From Eledone cirrhosa (Eukaryota), in assembly GCA_964016885.1 (NCBI GenBank), contig CAXHJY010000105.1:744001-808000 (forward strand): a stretch of DNA of 64,000 nucleotides, read 5' to 3'. Position numbers and translations under genes: made by a program. Positions 56,845 to 64,000 of the stretch are shown here, piece after piece. Under the pieces are notes generated by a model that saw only the letters and a list, made by a program, of their open reading frames with translations, was not told the DNA's origin and ran no database searches. How positions within the stretch are numbered: the stretch's first letter is position 1; each line of letters starts with the position of its first letter.

Positions 56845-57040
56845 ACACATGGCCTAGTGGTTAGGGTGCTGGCCTTGAAATCATAATGTTGAAAATAAGT
56901 AGCAACAATAGTTGGGAGTTTAACTCTGCGATGGACTGGTCTCCTGTCCAGGGAGGAATATTGTAATCTCTGTTGCTTAAATCCAAGGAAACCAGGATAA
57001 GCCCCAGTCTCATGAGCCTCCGAGCTTAGGACATAAACTT
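56845..57040 (+). mobile_element. tRNA-derived SINE (family B), internally deleted
   Basis: A-box-like TGGCCTAGTGGTTAGG head, then a ctgcgatggactggtctcctgtccaggg...ggaaaccagg body typical of invertebrate SINE 3' regions. No B-box is visible. Confidence 0.6.
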
Positions 57041-57108
57041 TAATATTCAACTTAAACAACCCCAGTCATTGCTACTTAATGAACCTCCCTCGAAGAAATT
57101 AATAGCAA

Positions 57109-58272
57109 AGTTGACCTTGATGGAATATGACAGAATAAATGATAATAGTTGACCTTGATGGAATATGACGGAACAAATGATAATAGTTGACCTCGATGGA
57201 ATATGACGGAACAAATGATAATAGTTGACCTTGATGGAATATGACGGAACAAATGATAATAGTTGACCTCGATGGAATATGATGGAATAAATGATAATAG
57301 TTGACATTGATGGAATATGACGGAACAAATGATAATAGTTGACCTCGATGGAATATGATGGAATAAATGATAATTGACATTGATGGAATATGACGGAATA
57401 AATGATAATAGTTGACATTGATAGAATATGACGGAATAAATGATAATAGTTGACATTGATGGAATATGACGGAACAAATGATAATAGTTGACATTGATGG
57501 AATATGACGGAATAAATAATAGTTGACATTGATGGAATATGACGGAATAAATGATAATAGTTGACATTGAGAGAATATGACGGAATAAATAATAGTTGAC
57601 ATTGATGGAATATGACGGAATAAATGATAATAGTTGACATTGATGGAATATGACGGAATAAATGATAATAGTTGACATTGATGGAATATGACGGAATAAA
57701 TGATAATAGTTGACCTCGATGGAATATGATGGAATAAATGATAATAGTTGACATTGATGGAATATGACGGAATAAATGATAATAGTTGACATTGATGGAA
57801 TATGACGGAATAAATGATAATAGTTGACATTGATGGAATATGACGGAATAAATGATAATAGTTGACATTGATGGAATATGACGGAATAAATGATAATAGT
57901 TGACCTCGATGGAATATGGCGGAATAAATGATAATAGTTGACCTTGATGGAATGACGGAATAAATGATAATAGTTGACATTGATGGAATATGACGGATTA
58001 AATGATAATAGTTGACATTGATGGAATATGACGGAATAAATGATAATAGTTGACCTCGATGGAATATGACGGAATAAATGATAATAGTTGACCTCGATGG
58101 AATATGACGGAATAAATGATAATAGTTGACCTCGATGGAATATGATGGAATAAATGATAATAGTTGACATTGATGGAATATGACGGAATAAATGATAATA
58201 GTTGACATTGATGGAATATGACGGAATAAATGATAATAGTTGACATTGATGGAATATGACGGAACAAATAAT
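57109..58272. repeat. 38-bp minisatellite (GTTGACATTGATGGAATATGACGGAATAAATGATAATA), about 31 copies
   Basis: Tandem units read directly. Variants are gacatt/gacctc/gacctt and 35-bp deletion units. The 38-aa periodicity of the minus-strand ORFs equals 3 x 38 nt. Confidence 0.98.
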
Positions 58273-58364
58273 AACAAAAAAAGATTGTAATTTATTGTTT
58301 ATGATTAAATCTACAGAATGTGTATCATGGTTTAGAATAGGTATTGTATCTTCCTGTTATAAGA

Positions 58365-58410
58365 GGTTGGTGCTAGGAAGGGTGCCTGGCTGTAAAGCAT
58401 TGCCTGAAGA
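58365..58410 (+). mobile_element. Short retroposon fragment (ggttggtgctaggaagggtgcctggctgtaaa)
   Basis: Similar to the reverse complement of 63,912-63,946 (tttctacagctggatgcccttcctaac), so a dispersed repeat. Confidence 0.45.
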
Positions 58411-58469
58411 AGGACCATCATCAATATGAAGCTTAGCATGGGCCCTACAAGACTAAGAGGGAAATGGCT

Positions 58470-58693
58470 TTAACCCTTTAGCATTTACATTACTCTATAT
58501 ATATTATTGAATTTTTGTGGTAAAGGCTTTATCTTACATAATTATCTCACATAATATAAAATCTATGAGATTTTGATGTTATTTATTTTGAGAACAATAC
58601 CTTAACATCAGTATAAGTGGCCAGTTATGGCTGGTTTGAACGAGGTGAGAGAGTGCTGGCCGGATACAGCCGGTTTAAATGCTAAAGGGTTAA
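58470..58693. mobile_element. piggyBac-type MITE with TTAA target-site duplication (copy 1)
   Basis: TTAA-CCCTTTAGCATTTA ... TAAATGCTAAAGGG-TTAA: perfect 14-bp terminal inverted repeats with CCC/GGG ends and TTAA flanks. Second copy at 60,770-60,981. Confidence 0.9.
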
Positions 58694-58778
58694 AACATTT
58701 TGTTGTATCATATTTTTATAAAACAAATATACATTTAGTGAAAATTTAAAGTAATAAAGAGAAAAAGTTGTTACTTAC

Positions 58779-58904
58779 GAAGATTTCTTGGATTGTTCTC
58801 TGCTGAAAACCTCTTGTCAGTATACATTTCCTGGATCTGGCTCTGGACATCTGTCATTACCTCGTTAAGGGTCTTTCTGTTGGGGTAATTACAGTCAACA
58901 GGAG
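58779..58904 (-). CDS. Internal coding exon (126 nt, phase 1 to 1): (T)PVDCNYPNRKTLNEVMTDVQSQIQEMYTDKRFSAENNPRNL
   Basis: Acceptor ttgttgttgcag|CT and consensus donor C|gtaagt. Open frame, in phase with both neighbouring exons. Confidence 0.85.
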
Positions 58905-58910
58905 CTGCAA

Positions 58911-59025
58911 CAACAATAATAATAATAATTGTTTCTACTTTAGGCAAAATGTCAACATTTTGTGGGGAGAAGACAGTCGATTAAATTGACCCCGATGCAT
59001 TACTGGTACTTTATTTTATCAACTC
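58911..59025 (-). mobile_element. SINE family A, 3' half
   Basis: tttctactttaggc...gtcgattaaattgaccc...cattactggtactttattttatc matches the copies at 53.6 kb and 62.0 kb. Confidence 0.75.
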
Positions 59026-59217
59026 TGTAACAATCAAATTTATATAGGAGACTAAGAAAATAAAATTTAAAAATACAAACAACAAATTCCACCCCCAAAG
59101 TTGAGGAAAGCCAGTCACTCTAGGACGCCCCCTCCCAATTGTTCTCCTCTAATCTATAGGACCATAATAATAACCGTTTCTACTTTTAGCACAAGGCCAG
59201 CAATTATCTAAGTGCAT

Positions 59218-59745
59218 TATCATCATCATCATTTCCATTTTTCTCTGCTTGCACAGCATCTCTCCACTTGTCACGGTCCTTCGTCATCTCCTCCGTGAGT
59301 TTCAACGATCTGAGGTCTGCTCTCACCACCTCCGGCCATGTTTTTCCTGGTCTTCCTCTACTGCGTCTTCCTTCTACTGGGATTTCTTGGCACTTCTTTA
59401 CCCAGCGGTCATCCTCCATATCGCATCACATTTCTATACCATCTCAGCCTTCTCTCCTGCACACCACAACTTATCTCTCTTATACACAGTTTCTCTCTCA
59501 ACACATCCATGCTTGGTCGTTCACACACATTGACATTGCACATCTAACAGATCATACTTGCTTCATTTCTCTCCAGCCGTCGCATATCCTCTGCAGTTGC
59601 TGCCCATGACTCACTACCATGCAGTATCGCGCATTTCATACAGGCATCATATAACCGTCCTTTCGTACGCAGGAAGAAACCCTTCTTTGTCAACAGAGGA
59701 AGCAGCTCCCTAAACTTCTTCCAACCTGTCCTTATTCTACTGGTA
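59218..59745 (-). mobile_element. RTE-like LINE, 5'-truncated 3' end, decayed
   Basis: Translates to RIRTGWKKFRELLPLL...LHGSESWA...RRLERNEASM* and VEGRRSRGRPGKTW...DRDKWR. These are typical of the C-terminus of RTE-clade ORF2. It ends in a (GAT)n tail. Confidence 0.88.
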
Positions 59746-59747
59746 CA

Positions 59748-59825
59748 ATAATAATAATTACAACACTGGCACAAGGCCAACAATTTGGGGGAAGGGGAAA
59801 GTCGATTATATCGACCCCAGTGCTT
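59748..59825 (-). mobile_element. SINE family A, 3' fragment
   Basis: ggcacaaggccaacaatttgggggaaggggaaagtcgattatatcgaccccagtg matches 53,660-53,710. A smaller piece lies at 59,167-59,206. Confidence 0.7.
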
Positions 59826-59859
59826 AAATCAGGATTTTCCAACCTGGGTGATATTTAGA

Positions 59860-60630
59860 TTGCACATCCAATGAAGCATAGTTGCTTCATTTCTCTCCAG
59901 TCTACACGTCCTCTGCAGTCACAGCCCATGTTTCACTACCATGTCGCACCACATGTCCTCCGTAGTCGCATTCCATGTTTCACTACCATGTAGCAGCACA
60001 TGTCCTCTGCAGTCACAGCCCATGTTTCACTACCATGTAGCACATGTCCTCTGCAATCACAGCCGATGTTTCACTACCATGTAGCACCACGTGACCTCTG
60101 CAGTCACAGCCCATGTTTCACTACCATGTAGCATCGCACTTCAAATACAGGTGTCAAACAGTTGTCCTTTTTTACAAAAGGAGAAACCTTTTGTTCCAAC
60201 AGTGGGAGTAGCTCTCTAAACTTCTTCCATCCTATCCTTATTTAGACTATTATGCTCCCAGAGCACCCTCCTCCGCTGCTAATTTAAGTCACCTAGATAG
60301 CAGAAGCTATCAACCACTTCTATGGATCCTTCCTGTGACTGGAAAAAGTTTATATCACTGACACTCTTCCCCTCAATTACCCCTGTACATCTACATAGAA
60401 AATCTTCCCTTCCTGTTAGTCTACTTGTTATCCCACTGCATCTCTTGTGTACCCAGGATTTTTTACATTAGGTACATTGTATAGAGTTTATATCTACTCC
60501 ATTTCTACATATTGAGCAGGGCCACTTCCCTGAAGGAATCAGGGTCCTATCTTCTTTCCTACTGACTAGCACTTTAGTTTTGGCTAAGTTTACTCAGACC
60601 TTTTACCTCCTAACTTTTCACACCTTCCAT
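59860..60630 (-). mobile_element. Second decayed RTE-like LINE fragment (RT end, Cys/His finger insert, downstream region)
   Basis: Hand translation gives VNLAKTKVL...GKWPCSICRNGVDINSIQCT*CKKSWVHKRCSG...GSIEVVDSFCYLGD...IRIGWKKFRELLPLL, with stops and frameshifts. Confidence 0.85.
59905..60133. repeat. About 47-bp tandem repeat, 5 copies, inside the LINE fragment
   Basis: Unit cacatgtcctctgcagtcacagcccatgtttcactaccatgtagcac, starting near 59,905, 59,950, 59,997, 60,041 and 60,088. Confidence 0.9.
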
Positions 60631-60769
60631 CTTCACACCAGTCCCAACATCCTCTCCATCTTTAACCCCCTCCCATATACACTTTACACTTAAATGGAGT
60701 TGTCAAATTATTTAGTAATCCTTCACACCACTACATTTACAATGTACCCACCCAGTTCATATAATACAA

Positions 60770-60981
60770 TTAAACCTTTACCATTTACATTGCTCTATAT
60801 TTACTATTGTATTTTCACGGTAAACACTTTATCTCATACAATTATTTCACATAATATCGAATCTATGGTATTTTGATATTATTTATTACGTCAGTATGAG
60901 TGGCTGGTTATAGCTGGTTTGAAAAGAAAAAGGTGAGAGAATTCTGGCCGGATATGGCCGGTTTAAATGCTAAAGGGTTAA
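60770..60981. mobile_element. piggyBac-type MITE (copy 2)
   Basis: TTAA-acctttaccattta ... taaatgctaaaggg-TTAA. The interior aligns by eye with copy 1 (attatttcacataata, tggctggt, ctggccggata). Confidence 0.85.
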
Positions 60982-60984
60982 TGT

Positions 60985-61460
60985 AGTTCACAGCAACACT
61001 CTTCCTGGTGACAACCACCCTCCTCTTCTTTTCACCCCATCACATGTTTTACCACTCACCTCTTCTTTCTCATATTCCCTTTCATACCTTTTGCCTCCAT
61101 ATATTGCTACCATGTAGTCCTCTTCTCCCTCAGTACATCCATACTCTCTTCTATTAACACCAGGTCATCGGTATATGGCAACTCCAATGGTAAATCCTCC
61201 TTTGCCCTTCAAAGCCAGCACCTCCATCATCATCATCGTACAGTTAGAAATAGTAGTGGTCTTAATACTGATCCCCGATGTACTCCAGCCTTCACTTCAA
61301 ACCCGTCACTGTTCCTGCTCCTCAACTTTAACCAAACATTCCTCCACTCCTAACTCTCTCAATGTCACAACTTCATGTGGAACTCTTTTGAAAGTATTCT
61401 CCAGATCAATAAACCCCACAACAAAACCCCTCTTCTTCCCCTTGTCCTTGTACTTCGCCC
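60985..61460 (-). mobile_element. Third, more decayed LINE fragment covering the reverse-transcriptase core
   Basis: Translates to GFIDLENTFKRVPHEVV (compare FxDLEKAFDRV), LPYTDDLV (degenerate YADD) and MEAKGMKGN. Confidence 0.75.
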
Positions 61461-61638
61461 CTAACTATTAAATATTACAACACAACCCATACAATAGTAT
61501 ATATATATTCTGTATAAAATATCCTATAGTTCTCCACAACTTTATAATCAGTTCTTCCTGCCTCATATATATTCTGAACTCAGAGTTGACTTTGGTTACT
61601 TAAAAACAGCAACAACAACAACAAAACTATGCACTCAC

Positions 61639-61965
61639 TTGATGGTAACACATAGTCAGGATTTTGGTTGAAGATGTTCTGAACCTCCTGCTGAGCTTTC
61701 TGAAACTGATGCATTTTATCCATGTTGGTGAGTTTCTCGGGGGTTAGATTCGATGTCACATCAAACACTGAAAGATCAGCACTCGGAATCCGTGTCTGGT
61801 TCCAGTAATTCTTGTCGTCGATGTGGACACCGGGGTGAACATGTTGGTTGTTTGAAACTGCATTAAAATCTTCAGATTTGCACATATCAATCACTTTAGA
61901 ATAGACTTTGGACGGTGTATGGAATTGGTCTGTAGAGAAACTCCGATTGTCACTGCTATATGGAA
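61639..61965 (-). CDS. Internal coding exon (327 nt, phase 1 to 1): PYSSDNRSFSTDQFHTPSKVYSKVIDMCKSEDFNAV...QKAQQEVQNIFNQNPDYVLPS
   Basis: Long pyrimidine tract ending tttag|TT and donor A|gtgagt. It overlaps ORF 61580..61894. An in-frame alternative acceptor (tctctacag|AC) lies at 61,929. Confidence 0.85.
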
Positions 61966-62040
61966 CTAAACCACAAAGAATTTGAAAAAGATAGAAAAAA
62001 CAAAATTGTAATGTTGAAATCCAAACAGAATCACTACAAT

Positions 62041-62233
62041 GATAATAATTGTTTCTACTTTAGGCACAAGGCCAGCAATTACCCAGTGCATTACTGGTAC
62101 TTTATTTTATCGACCCCGTAAGGATGAAAGGCAAAGTCAACCTCGGCGGGATTTGAACTCAGATCGTAAAGGGACGTAACTATGCTGGAAAGCATGGCGT
62201 CCGACCCTATACCGATACTGCCAATCCACTGCC
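62041..62233 (-). mobile_element. SINE family A with a short internal deletion
   Basis: A-box-like TGGCAGTATCGG, B-box GAGTTCAAATCC, central GCCTTTCATCCTTACGGGGTCGATAAAATAAAGTACCAG and a TAT tail. Confidence 0.88.
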
Positions 62234-62884
62234 GTTTATCAGGTAAAACACCCTTAGAGACGGAAAATAAGTGACAGCAGCCACTACAGAGAAGAGACGT
62301 CTGCATCTCTTGAATTCCAACCAAATGTGTTAACCTTGACACCAAATGGTAGCTGACAACAATTTCTGTCTAAATTAGGAACTAAATATATAATAACTTT
62401 AGTAACTAGAGATAGAAGTAAACAAATCTTAGGATTTATTGAAGTTTTGGATAATTTGACATTTGTAATGTTGAAATCCCAACACAAAACCACTGCAATA
62501 ATAGTAGTGTTAGTTTATCAGATAAAACACCCTTAGAGACAGAAAATAATAGGACAGCAACTACTCCAGAGACTAACCCTGTTATCATTATAGGGAGGAA
62601 ATATGTGTTTGTATTTCAATATTTCAACATTTTAAATCGCATCAATAAATTATAAGATATGTAAAAAATGAAAGAAATATAAAAATAATGAGTAAAGAAT
62701 AAAGTAAAAATGGTAGAAATATTAAGAACAATTGATAGAGAAAGCTGAGTTACAGACTTTATATCATGCTGTTTATGGCATTAGAAAGATTTTATAGTGA
62801 GGACTATGATCTATAGGATCAACATCTCTCTCATGTGACTAGTACTTATTTAGTGAGGAATATAGTCTATTATGGTCAGATCAG

Positions 62885-63070
62885 CCTGTTACTGGTACCA
62901 TGTAACCCAGTACAACCTGCTTTATAGTTGAGTGGTCGGTGACTAAACCAGCTCCCCCACAAATCTCGTGTCTGGTGAAGAGGGTAAGTAGAACCCCCAG
63001 CAGCATAACAACAAAGATATTAAAAGGGGGTGGATGAACTCTTCAGAGTCAACAGCCATCTACCCCAACT
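62885..63070 (+). mobile_element. Probable dispersed-repeat fragment, possibly a LINE 5' region
   Basis: GC-richer island (gactaaaccagctcccccacaaatc...gagtcaacagccatcta) that resembles RTE 5' UTR sequence from memory only. There is no second copy in the window. Confidence 0.3.
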
Positions 63071-63109
63071 ATGGTTTAAATAAGCTCACCAGCTGAGAAC
63101 ATAAATAGA

Positions 63110-63168
63110 TGTAACTATATGCTGTAAAGTATATAGTCCGATGCTCCACTCTGCCAATCCACCACCCT
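63110..63168 (-). mobile_element. SINE family A head fragment
   Basis: gtaactatatgctgtaaagtatatagtccgatgctc...ctgccaatccac matches 62,176-62,230. Confidence 0.6.
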
Positions 63169-63205
63169 AATAAAATGACAAAACTATAACAAAAGCAATA
63201 CATAC

Positions 63206-63251
63206 TAGATGGAGAGGCAAGGTATTCTTGGATAGGAACTTCACCGTCAGG
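63206..63251 (-). CDS. Probable small coding exon (46 nt, phase 0 to 1): PDGEVPIQEYLASPS
   Basis: Acceptor tttctactttcag|CC and donor A|gtatgt. Its end phase fits exon 61,639-61,965. Confidence 0.6.
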
Positions 63252-63363
63252 CTGAAAGTAGAAATTACAATATCACACTATAGTCGACAACAATAGTTAG
63301 TGGTGGTCTTATTGTAAAAACAATGGCTCACTGAGAAAAGTATTATTTTTAGATAGCAATACA

Positions 63364-63725
63364 TTACTACTACTACTATTACTACTACCACCACCACTGC
63401 TGCTGCTACTATCACCACCACTACTGATACTACCACCACTGCTGCTACCACCACCACCACCGCCACTACTACTACTACCACCACCACTGCTGCTACTATC
63501 ACCACCACTACTACTACTACCACCACCACCACTGCTACTACTACTACCACCACTGCTGCTACTACTATCACCACCACTACTGCTACTACCACCACCACTA
63601 CTACTACTACCACCACCACTCCTGCTACTACCACCACCACTACTGCTACTACCACCACCACCACCACCACCACTACTACTACCACTGCTGCTACCACCAC
63701 CACTACTGCCACTACTACTACTACT
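63364..63725. repeat. Compound trinucleotide microsatellite (CTA/CCA/CTG)n
   Basis: Read directly. It explains the poly-Val and Gly/Ser ORFs. Confidence 0.97.
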
Positions 63726-63911
63726 AAATAATTTAATCCACTTCTTTGTGGTGACAAAACCTTTCCACTTCACATGATCCAACTTTACCTCAATTTCTCA
63801 CTGGAAGATTCTCTACCTTCCTCAATGATTCTTTTTAATGTCTTAAGAGATATTCTGCATTTCACATTAGTGGACTCCCATAGTAAACATTTTTCCATTT
63901 CTGGTTTGGTT

Positions 63912-63946
63912 TCTACAGCTGGATGCCCTTCCTAACACAAACCATA
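63912..63946 (-). mobile_element. Short retroposon fragment (tttctacagctggatgcccttcctaac)
   Basis: Inverse-oriented relative of 58,365-58,410. Confidence 0.45.
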
Positions 63947-64000
63947 ACCAAACATACACCCCAACCCACTACCCCTACTCCATCCTCCCACTCCCATCAA

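Noticed and set aside
56845-56885. tRNA gene
   Set aside because: Only an A-box-like head is present, with no T-arm or cloverleaf. It continues into SINE body sequence.
53400-58272. Common origin of the 55-, 34- and 38-bp satellites
   Set aside because: Only 6-7 bp words are shared (gtggaca, agttga), with no colinear alignment.
57047-58277. 273-392 aa hydrophobic ORFs
   Set aside because: The same 38-aa cycle appears in all three frames, an artefact of the 38-bp repeat.
59249-61471. Plus-strand ORFs of 60-113 aa
   Set aside because: They are antisense to decayed LINE sequence or lie within a MITE, with no independent coding evidence.
63278-63782. Poly-Val and Gly/Ser-rich ORFs
   Set aside because: Translation of the trinucleotide microsatellite.
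63789-63854. Possible 66-nt minus-strand exon (ISLKTLKRIIEEGRESSSEKL, donor AG|gtaaag)
   Set aside because: The pyrimidine tract is poor, and its phase-2 end does not fit the frame needed by exon 63,206-63,251 and those downstream.

Overview
This is animal genomic DNA. The SINE, LINE and MITE families look like those of octopus or coleoid cephalopods, but that is from memory and not verified. Bases 1-53,626 are one uninterrupted 55-bp satellite array of about 980 monomers, running off the left edge. It has variant monomers, 3-7 kb block duplications and a layered age structure. Bases 53.6-64 kb hold three well-supported, phase-compatible minus-strand exons plus one probable one, belonging to an unidentified protein-coding gene. 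The last visible donor (55,718) opens an intron running through a 34-bp minisatellite, a SINE and the whole 55-bp array, so the intron is at least about 55 kb and nearly all satellite. Other introns carry a 38-bp minisatellite, tRNA-derived SINEs, RTE-like LINE relics, piggyBac and mariner MITEs and a trinucleotide microsatellite. Almost all ORF-track entries are artefacts of translating repeats. I found no CRISPR array or prokaryotic system. The best candidates for something new are the satellite-filled giant intron, the hairpin/E-box design of its monomer, and sense-strand YCAY clusters in all three intronic satellites.
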